A stretch of DNA of 60,140 nucleotides, the filler included, from Hausera hauseri (taxonomy: Eukaryota), in the NCBI GenBank assembly GCA_046269625.1. It is 10 parts of 10 records of this genome, joined end to end, with 100 filler letters (N's around TTAATTAATTAA, not from the genome) between each part and the next. Parts side by side here need not be neighbours in the genome. Positions count along the whole stretch, not along the records: positions 37,139 to 46,609 come from JBJURY010365483.1; positions 46,710 to 50,941 come from JBJURY010686327.1; 8 more parts are not named here. The stretch is one strand, 5' to 3'. Each line of letters begins with the position of its first letter. Position 1 is the stretch's first letter. This document shows positions 38,391 to 49,251 of this stretch, piece after piece. Both the position numbers and the translations under genes were made by a program. Below the pieces are notes generated by a model, which saw only the letters and a list, made by a program, of their open reading frames with translations, was not told the DNA's origin and searched no databases.

Positions 38391-39142
38391 GTGTATTCTG
38401 TGTCGGATCTGAACTTTAAACATTTGTCTTTTTCAGCTGTGTTTATGGTATTTTAAGATTTATTACTGCTTTAAATTTGCATTTTAATTACAAAAATCCC
38501 TACTTGTGTAGAAAGAATCTTTTTTCAAGTAGAAATATCATTATAGTAATTTTTTCATAAATGTTGAATTTTAACTTTGTGCTTCAGTATAAATTTTTTC
38601 CTTTGGGATATTATTATGTATAAACTGAACCTGAAATATGTCTACTTTATTGAATTAATTTTGGTTTTTATGTGAGAAATTAATTAACAATCATGGCAAA
38701 TTTGCATTTCTTACATGTATCCTATCGTAGAAATCCCTTTTTGTCTTTTACAGTCGAAAAACTGATTTTCGCGCAATTCGGAAGACTTTTTCGGTGGGAA
38801 GTTTGAAAAATTTCGAAGAGTCTCGGGTGCGGTGGCTGCCGGTAGTTCACGCGGACGCTCCGTCGAAGATACGAGTTTCCACGTTCGGACTTTGAAAATA
38901 TCGAGTCTTTTAGGGGACTTTGAAAAAATTTGGGGCTTTTGTGAACTTTGAAGTAAAAAACGTGTCGGGATGTTCCGACTTTGACGATATTTGGCCATTT
39001 TCGATAAATTGACGAATTTTGCGATTTTTCCGATTTAGAAGGGAAAAACGTGTTCGGATGTTCCCACTTTGACGATATTTGGCCATTTTCGATAAATTGA
39101 CGAATTTTGCGATTTTTACGATTTAGAAGGGAAAAAGGTGTT

Positions 39143-39207
39143 CCTAAAAGTCCAAAAGTCCTAAAAAGTCCTAAAGTCCTAAAAAGTCCTAAAAGTCCGA
39201 AAAGTTC
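39143..39207. repeat. (AAAAGTCCT)n minisatellite
   Basis: About seven 8-10-bp units. Confidence 0.85.
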
Positions 39208-39629
39208 GACTACGGAATTTCGCGCATTTCAATATTACGATTAACAAACAGAAGTCGTTCCCATTGAACACAGTCACCATATGCAAGCATAGTATTCGAA
39301 TTTCAATGCGTAAATGTTTCATAAAAAATAAAAAAAAAAGAAATTGGGATTTCCACGGAGTGAGACTCCGTATTTGCCGAAAATATATTCTCACCCGCAG
39401 TAAACAGTAGCGAAGTAAATACAAGCGGAGAAACAACGCGTTCTTCGTTACGATAATTGAAACGAATACAGACACGCGCATAGAGTGTACCAAATTTTGC
39501 GAAAACACCGCAGTCCCGAGATATCGATAGAAAAAAGCAAAAATAGGAACATCTCGGAGTGTCAAACGCGCGACGCGGAAATCGCGAGAGGAGAAGGAAA
39601 CAGAAAAAAAGGAATAAAAAAAAATTCGA

Positions 39630-39836
39630 TAAGGGGGGCCAGTCTCCTACGTGGAGATAAAAAACGGTAAGGGGGGCCAGTCTCCTACATGGAGATAAAA
39701 AACGGTAAGGGGGGCCAGTCTCCTACATGGAGATAAAAAACGGTAAGGGGGCCAGTCTCCTACATGGAGATAAAAATGGGTAAGGGAGGCCAGTCTCCAA
39801 GATGGAGATAAAATTCGAGGAGTGGGGCCAGTCTCT
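39630..39836. repeat. ~38-bp tandem repeat (TAAGGGGGCCAGTCTCCTACATGGAGATAAAAAACGG), about 5.5 units
   Basis: Direct inspection. Confidence 0.92.
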
Positions 39837-40007
39837 CGTCCGAGAGAAAGACTCCGTAGAGGGGGCCCGTCTCGCAAGAGACAGAGAGAGACGATAGTCC
39901 CGTCTCAGCAACTCCCGCACTGCAGCAGGAGTCCCCCCGTAGTTTTGCGTTCGATCGAGACAGTCCGGGGACCAATGACAATCTCCGGATTCGCGGTGCC
40001 GGCCACT

Positions 40008-40240
40008 TGGAGTGCATCTCCGGACTTACTCCTCGCCGCATAGTGCCGGCTGTTAGGAGTGCATCTCCGGACTTACTCCTCGCCGCATAGTGCCGGCTGT
40101 TAGGAGTGCATCTCCGGACTTACTCCTCGCCGNNNNNNNNNNNNNNNNNNNNNNNNNNNNNNNNNNNNNNNNNNNNNNNNNNNNNNNNNNNNNNNNNNNN
40201 NNNNNNNNNNNNNNNNNNNNNNNNNNNNNNNNCATAGTGC
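40008..40240. repeat. 48-bp tandem repeat running into a gap
   Basis: GGAGTGCATCTCCGGACTTACTCCTCGCCGCATAGTGCCGGCTGTTA repeated. Confidence 0.9.
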
Positions 40241-40259
40241 CGACGAGCGCCGGACTGGG

Positions 40260-41600
40260 AGTCCGCCGCGGACTCTGCCGACGGAGCCACTCTCTCCGCC
40301 GACCTCCTACCCCCGCCGCGGTGCGATGCCGCTCGTCTCGGACAAAGCCGGCAGGGGCGCCCTAGGCAAGTCGACCCTCGTGGGCCGGCGTGGCCGGCCT
40401 TCGTTCGCGGGTCGCCATCCTCCGGACTCGGAGAGGAATCCGCAGTGCGACTCGTAGCGTCTCGCAGTCTGTGGCCTCTGCACTCGGAGTTCTCCGAACG
40501 AGCCTCCTGGCCGCGTCTCCGGACTTAGCCTCTGGCCTTGTCAGCCTCTGGACTCGGCCTCCCGACACCGCGAGGGAAGAGACTCCGGCCCTGCTGTCGG
40601 CGGCGCCGCTGGTCTGGGGACACCGCCTACAAGGCGGGCGGAGGTGCGTCGACGCCCGTGGACGGACGGGGTCCGCCGTCAGCCGGGTGCCGCTCCCCGC
40701 CACACTCGGAGCCCACCGCCACGCGGCGTCTCCGGACTTAGCCTCTGGCCTTCTTAGCCTCTGGACTTGTCAGCCTCCGGACTCGGCCTCCCGACACCGC
40801 GAGGGAAAAGACTCCGGCCCTGCTGTCGGCGGCGCCGCTGGTCTGGGGACACCGCCTACAAGGCGGGCGGAGGTGCGTCGACGCCNNNNNNNNNNNNNNN
40901 NNNNNNNNNNNNNNNNNNNNNNNNNNNNNNNNNNNNNNNNNNNNNNNNNNNNNNNNNNNNNNNNNNNNNNNNNNNNNNNNNNNNNCGTGGACGGACGGGG
41001 TCCGCCGTCAGCCGGGTGCCGCTCCCCGCCACAATCGGAGCCTACCGCCACGCGGCGTCTCCGGACTTAGCCTCTGGACTTGTCAGCCACTGGACTCGGA
41101 GTTCTCCGAACGAGCCTCCTTGCCGCGACTCCGGACTTGGACTCTGGTCCTCGACATTGGGCGCATCGCAACATCCACCACCGTGTCTGGACGCGTCGTC
41201 CTGGTCCGGAACGGGACTTCGAGCGCCGCGGACTCTGCCATCCTACCCCCCCGCGGTGCGATGCAGATGTCTCTGGTCTGGGACATCGGCGGCGGGGCGC
41301 CCTAGGCAAGTCGACCCGCGTCGGCGGGCGGGGCCCGCCTTCGTCCGTGGGTCGCCGTCCTCCGGACTCGGATAGCGATCCGCCGTGCGACTCTCCGTCT
41401 CCATCGCGACTTCGCCTCGGCACCGGAGTCTCGGCCTGCGGACTCTGCCGACGGAGCCACTCTCTCCGCCGACCTCCTACCCCGCCGTGGTGCGATGCCG
41501 CTGGTCTCGAACATCGCCGACGGGGCGCCCTAGGCAAGTCGACCCGCGTCGGCGGGCGGGGCCCGCCTTCGTTCGTGGGTCGCCGTCCTCCGGACACGGA
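40260..41600. repeat. Two GC-rich subrepeat families of ~230-250 bp
   Basis: GGACTCGGCCTCCCGACACCGCGAGGG unit at ~40550 and ~40780; GGGGCGCCCTAGGCAAGTCGACCC unit at ~40354, ~41294 and ~41522. Confidence 0.85.
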
Positions 41601-42113
41601 GAGGAGTCTGCATCGTCACTGTCGTCGTTCTTCGGGGTCTAGGTCCTCCGCACTGGGGCTGGGACTTCCGACTCCCTCTGCGGAGCTCGTCGGTCTCGTT
41701 CCGCGGCGAGGCGTCACTGGTACCTCGGACGGGAACTATCCTCGTACACTCGAGGTCGCATCTCGTCCATTCGTCCGCCGGGGGCAGGACGTTGCGGACG
41801 TTGCAGTCTTCGTGCCCGGGTTTGTCCCCGCCGCAGACCCTCCGATCACCGTCGCCGCCGCGCGTGTCGGGCGGCCGAAACCGCCCCGTTCGCGCTGCGG
41901 AACTTGGCGTACTTCGGGTTAGCGTTCCTCGGTTCCGACCCGCGCTGCGCCGACCACTGCGGCCGGCGCCGGGGTGACGTTCCCGCGGCCTCTGCCGGCG
42001 CTCTCTCCGCCCGGAAACTCTCTTTCCGATCCTATTCATTATTCCTTATATTCATCTTATATTCCTTACATACAGGGCTTCTCTCGTCCCCTCGGGACTT
42101 TGAAAAAAAAAGG

Positions 42114-44657
42114 CCGCGCGCAGAGCAATTGAATTCTCTGCGGCGGCCCACGAGTATCGCAACGAGTGAAGTCATATTAGATAAGTCATATTAAAACGCC
42201 GCGCGCAGAGCAATTGAATTCTCTGCGGCGGCCTCTCTCTTTCGCAACTCAGTCATCAGTTATGTCTTTCGGGTTTGCCAGACCCGTTCGCAACTCGGTC
42301 ATCAGTCACGTCTTTGGATCCCGTTTCTTTCGGGTGTGTCAGGCCCGTTCACTCTACAGACTAGAGTCCTGCTCTTTCGGGTGTGTCAGGCCCGTTTCGT
42401 TACCGGAGTCTTTGCTCCCGTTTCTTTCGGGTGTGTCAGGCCCGTTCACTCCACAGACTAGAGTCCTGCTCTTTCGGGTGTGTCAGGCCCGTCTCTCTAC
42501 AGACTAGAGTCCAGCTACCGTTTCTTTCGGGTTCACCCTCGACGGGGGAACCGGTCCCCTCTCGTCCCCTCGGGACTTTGAAAAAAAAAGAGAGAAAACG
42601 TCGGCTCGTTCCGCGGCGAGGCGTCACCGGTACCTCGGACCGAGCTCCCGCCGAGAACCCTCCGATCACCCTCGCCGACCAGCGGGTCGGGCGGCCGAAA
42701 CCGCCCATTTCGCATCGCGGACCTGGTGTAACTTCGGGCCCCGGGGTCTCGCGATCCTCGGTTCCGACCCGCCGACCACTGCGGCCGGCGTCGGGGTAAC
42801 GTTGTCCCTCTTCTGCCCGCGGCCTCTGCCGACGTGTCCTCTTCGCCTTCTGATCCTTTTCGCCTTCTGATCCTTTTAGCCTTCTGATCCTTTTAGCCTT
42901 CTGATCGCGCGTCCGCCCGGTGGCTGCGGCCGGGTCGCGCTCCCGGAGAGATTTTACCGGGCTTCTCTCGTCCCCTCGGGACTTTGAAAAAAACGAGTCT
43001 CGACCGCGCGCAGGGCAATGGAATTCCCTGCGGCGGCCTCTCTTTGCGGGAGTCTTTCGCTCCCGTTCCTTCCGGGCGTGTCAGGCCCGTTCTCTCCACA
43101 GACTAGAGTCATGCCATTTTGCGGGCGCACTTCGCCCTTTAGAGTGTTCTGCCAAGCCCGTTCGCACCTCTCTCTTTACGGACTCTCTACGGAGTCTCGT
43201 CCCCTCGGGACTTTGAAAAAATCAGTCTCGACCGCGCGCAGGGCAATGGAATTCCCTGCGGCGGCCCGCCTTCGCACGCCTCCCGACGCGCTTTCGAGGA
43301 CTCTGGGTCCCGCTCGAGATCGGATCTCGAAGATCCTCGGGGAACTGGGCCGTCCCCTCTCGTCCCCAAGGGACTTTGAAAAAAAAAACCGCGCGCAGAG
43401 CAATTGAATTCTCTGCGGCGGCCTCTCCGCGCCCGGTGACACCGGGCCGGGCGCGGTCTCGTCTTCGAGCCCTCGGCTCGTCAAGTCTCTTTGAGTTTTT
43501 TGTAATGTTATCATAATACGTTTGAGTAGAATCATTTAACATTACTTCGCATCTCGACCGCGCGCAGGGCAATTGGATTCCCTGCGGCGGCCCCTCCCTC
43601 ACTCGTCCCCTCGGGACTTTGAAAAAAAAAAGAGATAAAAAGTCGGTCGGTGAGCCCCCGGCTCGTGCCGGTCGCGCTCCCTGAGGTGGTTTGAGGTGCG
43701 GACCGCCCCGCGGTGCGGCCCGCGGAGTCTTTGACTTCGGAGCGGGGAGGAGCCGTTCTCTGCCCCTCGGGTCGCGATCGCGCCGCCCGCCCCTACTTAA
43801 GTGTGCGAACTCTCTCTTGAAGGCCGCCGCGGCGGCCTGTATACCTGCGTCGCCGGGTGCTCCCAGGCCCTCGACGCTCGTACCTTACCTTACCTTACCT
43901 TACCTGCGTCGCCGGGTCTGCCAAGCCCTCGACGCTCGTACCTTACCTTACCTTACCTTACCTTACCTGCGTCGCAGGGTGCTCCCAAGCCCTCGACGCT
44001 CGTACCTTACCTGGCCCGCGACGCCGGATGCCCCAAGCCGACTCTCGGTCTTCGAGCGGGTCCGACGACTCGGGCTCTCCGGAGCGAGCTCCCGTTCCCG
44101 CCTCGCCGGTCGCCCCGAGCCGATTTCTCGGTCATCGAGGTGCCCCGCGACTTGGGCTCTCGGGAGCCGTCTCTCCCTCGTCGACGGGTGCCCCAAGCCG
44201 ACTCTCGGTCTTCGAGCTGCCCGACGACTTGGGCCCTCCGGAACTCTCCAGCTTCAGTCCCTTACATTACATCACCTCGCCTTACATTACGCTACATTAC
44301 ATTACATTACATTACGGTCCGCGCGCAGGGCAATGGAATTCCCTGCGGCGGCCACTGAGCCCGCGCCCGGTTCCCCAAACCCGGGAGCGGACCGGCCCCC
44401 GAAGGGACCCAGTGATGGTTTTTCTTTCCCCAAGTTCGCCGCCGCGGCGGGGACCACCGCGGGGCCTCTCTCCTCCGTCGCCGGGTGCCCCAGGCCGACG
44501 ACTTCGGAGCATCATCTCTTGGATGATTTTGTAACGTTATCATATACAGTGTAATCATTTAACATTACTGCGAGTCTAGCCAGCTTACGTTTTTTCTCGC
44601 ACCTCGCCTGATTCGCCTCGCGGTCCGCGCGCAGGGCAATGGAATTCCCTGCGGCGG
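42114..44657. repeat. Eight dispersed copies of a 33-bp hairpin CCGCGCGCAG(G/A)GCAAT(G/T)G(A/G)ATTC(C/T)CTGCGGCGG
   Basis: Starts at 42114, 42199, 43004, 43232, 43389, 43558, 44319 and 44625. Confidence 0.92.
43850..44315. repeat. ~60-bp units containing (ACCTT)n, then (CATTA)n microsatellite
   Basis: Direct inspection. Confidence 0.85.
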
Positions 44658-45112
44658 CCTCTCTCTCTCTCTCTCTCCTCGGTCGCCGGGTGTCCAGGCC
44701 GGCGACCGTCTCTCGCTCTCTCGGGCCGCCCGGGTGCCAGACCGGACGGTCCCCGCGTCCGTGGGACGCCTTCGCCGACTGCCGGCAGTCGTCACCCGCC
44801 GCGGCGGCATCCGAGGAATCCGACCCCGGTCTGCTAGACCCGACGGACGGCCAATCCCGTCGGGCGCCGGCTTCGTCCCGGGGTCATCCGCCCCGGCCGC
44901 CGCCGCGGCGACGGCCTCGCGCCGAAGCGCGCTGGGCGACGGTCCCTCGCTCGGCGAGACTCCTCCTGTCCCATACCCCGTTCTTCCAACCGCGGGACCA
45001 GCTGGTGTGACCACCAGAGCTTACGGCCGTAAGGCGGGACCGGGTGGGCCGAGGCTTCGTAACCCCGATCGAGGGACCGCGGCCGCGGTTCGCGGTTTCC
45101 ACTTTCTTTTTC

Positions 45113-45875
45113 CGGATCCCGGTTGCTCAAGCCGGGACCCTCTTTCGGGCGATCCCGCTTGCCCAGGGCGGGATCTCTTTTTTTATCCCGCTTGCCCCAA
45201 GGCGGGATATCTTTTTTCTCCGGATCCCGCTTGCCCAAGGCGGGATCCTCTGCACTTCCACGTCTTGACCTTCCGGACAAGCACGTGACCACTCACAGGA
45301 TCGACCAGGTATCATCTCGGGAGAGGGCTCGGCGCTCGACCGAGTCCCCCTTCGATTTGCGGTTTCCACTTTTTCATACATGCACCTTTCTTTTTCTCCG
45401 GAGGATCCCGCTTGCTCAAGGCGGGACCCTCTTTTTCTACGGGGGCCGCACCGGAAGGATCCGGAGTCGTGCCCCTTTCTTTCGATCCCGCTTGCTGAAG
45501 GCGGGATCTCTTATTTCGTCCGGGTCCCGCTTGCCCAAGGCGGGACCCTCTTTTTCTCTGGGGGCCGCACCGGAAGGATCCGGAGTCGTGCCCCTCTTCG
45601 GGGATACCGCTTACCCAAGGCGGGATCCCCTTTCATATATATGTTCGCGATCCCGCTTGCCCAAGGCGGGATCGCTTTTTTTCTCCGGATCCCGCTTGCC
45701 CAAGGCGGGATCCGCTTTCTTTTCGGGGATCCCGCTTGCTCAAGGCGGGACCCCCTCTTTCCTCCGAGGGCCGCACCGGAAGGATCCGGAGTCGTGCCCC
45801 TCGCTTTCGATCCCGCTTGCTGAAGGCGGGATCTCTTTTTTCGTCCGGAACCCGCTTGCTGAAGGCGGGATCCGG
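45113..45875. repeat. About 13 copies of the palindrome GATCCCGC-TTGCCCAAG-GCGGGATC separated by T-rich spacers
   Basis: Direct inspection. Confidence 0.92.
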
Positions 45876-47014
45876 TTCGTCTCTCTCTCTCTGTGGCCGT
45901 CGTGCGCTCCCGTCGTACACCCGGCGACACTACCGGGATGCACGCGTCGGCGACGTCGGGTCGGTTTTTGCGTCGGACGCAAGGGCGGACGTCACCCTTC
46001 GTTCCGATCGCGCGCCGCGCACTCCGGGGCTCGTAACTCCTCGAAACGCTCCCCGCGCGGTCGCACCGAAGTTTTTGACAAGGAAAGGCGGTCTCGAGTG
46101 CAGAAGAACGGAGAATCTGTATGCAAAAAACATTTGACGTGTACTAATGCATAGGATTACTCCCTCACTATGCAAAAAACATTTGTCATATACTAATGCA
46201 TAGGATATCTCACTCGATCACAGACAACACCAGTCCTACATATAAGGTGAAAGTATTGTGCCACGGCTCCCACGGTTAACTCTACATGACGGTGGGTGCC
46301 GCTTTTCCATGCCGAGCGATTTCGCCCGCCGGTGTCTAAAATCGCAATAACAATAAAGCAGAGGTTCTCTCATGCCGCGTCCTCGACGACCGACCTACCG
46401 CCGAAATTTTTTTCGCGACCTCGGCGGTTTCGACCCCGGGACCCGACTCGCCTCGCCTCGGGGAGTCGGCCGACCGGTTCCCGCGCCGATCGGACGAATT
46501 CGACCAGGGTACGGTAGGTCCCGGTACTTCTGGCGGAAGCTCCGTCGAAACGCATTTACCGATGAAATTTTTTTTCGGATCTCGGACTTTTAGACCGCAG
46601 AACCCGGCTNNNNNNNNNNNNNNNNNNNNNNNNNNNNNNNNNNNNNNNNNNNNTTAATTAATTAANNNNNNNNNNNNNNNNNNNNNNNNNNNNNNNNNNN
46701 NNNNNNNNNGCATTGTAAATATTGTTATTCATTGTTGTTCATTGTTTAATAAATGTTGTATAGAAATATCGTGTTGTCTTCTTGATTAAGTAATGTGGGA
46801 TATAGGATAAGGCCAAGTAAAACTAAGTAACTGCTATATAGGATAAGACCAACTAATTTCATAAAACATTTATTTAGTAGCAATATAACTTTGACATAAC
46901 GCTAAACACTTTTCATATGCACAAAGTAAACCGTGTTCGCGATAAATACATGTAATGTTCTTTGGTATAGTTAAAAATTTTTTACATTTATATTCACATA
47001 TTCGCATAAGGATT

Positions 47015-47430
47015 ACTGAAGGAATATATCACTATTATGGAGGATTATAAGGAGAGAATATATCAGGATTCTAGGGATTAAGGAGAGAATATACTAGGAT
47101 GATGAGGAATTAAGAGGGGAATATATCAGGATGATGGAGAATTAATAGGGGAATATATCAGGATGATGAGGATTCAATAGGGGATATACCAATATGATGA
47201 GGACTCAAAGGGGAATATAGCAAGTTGATGAGGATTCAATAAGAGGAATATACCAAGATAATAAGGATTCAATAGAGGAATATACCAAGATGATAAGGAT
47301 TCAATAGAGGAATATTCCAAGATGATAAGGATTCAATATGGAATATATCAGTATTATGGAGGATTATAAGGAGAGAATATATCAGGGTTGTAGGGAATAG
47401 AAAGGGAATATGCAAAGATGATGAGAATTC
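47015..47430. repeat. ~31-bp satellite (GGAATATATCAGGATGATGAGGATTCAATAG)
   Basis: About 13 units; related to 28904-29135. Confidence 0.88.
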
Positions 47431-47478
47431 AGTAGTGATAAAATGGCGGTTCTGCCTCAATCCCTCCCCATCCCCGGG

Positions 47479-49251
47479 GAGGTTGGGTGAAAATTCGATA
47501 TTGCACATGTGCCGATCGATAGTGCACCTGAAGCACTATCGATCCATTGAGTGCCTAGCAACGGTAGTATTGCTTGCCTACATCATGTGTTTGTTTTAAT
47601 GCATCAAATGATTTAAAATATCGCGCGCGCCATATTCGGCCTTCGATTATGACGAATCGATTGGCACCATCATATTCTTCGAATAATTCTTGCTTAATCG
47701 AATATTCGAGTTCGAATCGATATTTCTTCGAGTTAGAATGTGATATTCGAACTTCTGGCATCAAATCCGGATTCCACATATATAATTTTCTATCCATGTA
47801 CGCTTAAAGATTTGTCGAATTCCGTGTGCTTCACCTTCAAAATCACCTCAATTGCTTAATCAATATAACAATGACTGCATTTAACAAGAACTTTTGGCAT
47901 ATTTGACAAACCTTTTTAATCGACAATGATGCATTGCATCTCACTTATGTTGACTGCTATAGAAGTTTTTGGCCATGGAGATTCGAAAGGCGTCATTAGT
48001 TTCTTCGAATAATGTTTGCTTGATTGCGTTTTCGAGTTCGAATAGCTAATTATTCAAGTTCGAATAATGTTTTTGATCATCTAATATCATATTTCTAATC
48101 GGCATGCATGACTGTGCACCCAGTCCCGCTATTATATTTATTGATTTCCGCTTCCTTGCACTAAATGCACATTTTGCTTAATTCGAAATATTGATTTTAT
48201 GCCTAGATAGTACACTTTCATAAAATAATTTTCATCCATGTAAGGGTTTTCAAATATGACGAATCGATTCCTTCTGTTAGATTTTTCGAATAGTTCGAAC
48301 TTCGATTTTCTAGTTCAAAAATCTTCGAATTTTGAACTTTCGACATGAGATTTGCGTTCGTTATAGTTGATTTCCTATCTATCCCCGCTCGAGGTTTAGT
48401 CGGATTTTGCTTCCGTAGGCTTAACAAAACATTGAAAAAATAACCAATTTGCATTTTTGATTTATATTAATCAATAACTAACCAATACATTTAAATTCTA
48501 ACTGCACATTCATATATTACACCGTGTTTGTGTTCGAATGCACCCGGTGCCGAGTGCTAATCATCTATATTGTAAATATCGGAAATTCGATAGTAATGAT
48601 TTTTGCACACTTGCACACATGTTTTTGCACTGCACACCATCCATCAAGGTGTATCTCCATGTGCTCTATCCACCTGCGCTTGACTCCGATCAATTCCATC
48701 AATCCTACGCTGCACAACTGCAAAAGTATGAAAAGTGAAAAAGTGCCCTGGCAACCGTATCCAAGAGCACACCAATTTCGAGTACTGCACTGAACGAAAG
48801 TACATCAAATACTGCACCTACCAGTATATGTGCCATATTGATATTATTGATTTAAATTTTATGGCGGAAAGGCCTGTGGCGGTTCTGTCCCACTTCCGAA
48901 TTATTCGAAAACCAATCAACCGATTTAAATTCGAACTGCACATTCACATAGCCCGTCATGTGTGCTACCGATTTCACCCGGTGCCGAGTGCCAATCATCA
49001 ATATTGCATTTATCAGAAATTCTATATTATTGATTTTTGCACACTTGCACATGTGCTGCACACCTGCACAGTGCACCAGACGATGCGCCTCGATGTGCAC
49101 TATCGATTAGCACTATCGATTCGATCAATACTGCACTGTGCAGCGATCGATTTGTCAAATGTTCAAAAGTACCCCTAGCACTCTAGGGATCGATAGTACT
49201 CCGGGTACCCTATCGATTGGCACATGTGCAATATTAATTCGGCACAACCCC
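47479..49251. mobile_element. Non-autonomous DNA transposon-like element with ~80-bp imperfect TIRs
   Basis: Left GAGGTTGGGTGAAAATTCGATATTGCACATGTGCCGATCGATAGTGCACC...GAGTGCCTAG (47479-47558) matches the reverse complement of 49175-49251. Internal ~435-bp duplication; no clear target-site duplication. Confidence 0.75.

Larger units (their letters stand above)
38700..46609. other. GC-rich, subrepeat-built non-coding region resembling an rDNA intergenic spacer/ETS
   Basis: Nested subrepeat families, GGACTTTGAAAAA boxes, hairpin repeats, no rRNA or protein motif; TATATGTAGG-like site near 46240 on the minus strand. Identity is inference. Confidence 0.5.

Noticed and set aside
42114-44657. CRISPR array (33-bp palindromic repeats)
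   Set aside because: Spacers are 52-772 bp, irregular and partly repetitive; no cas genes; eukaryotic context.
39647-46593. Many overlapping long ORFs on both strands
   Set aside because: Shadow ORFs of GC-rich repeats; Arg/Pro/Gly/Ser-biased with no domains.
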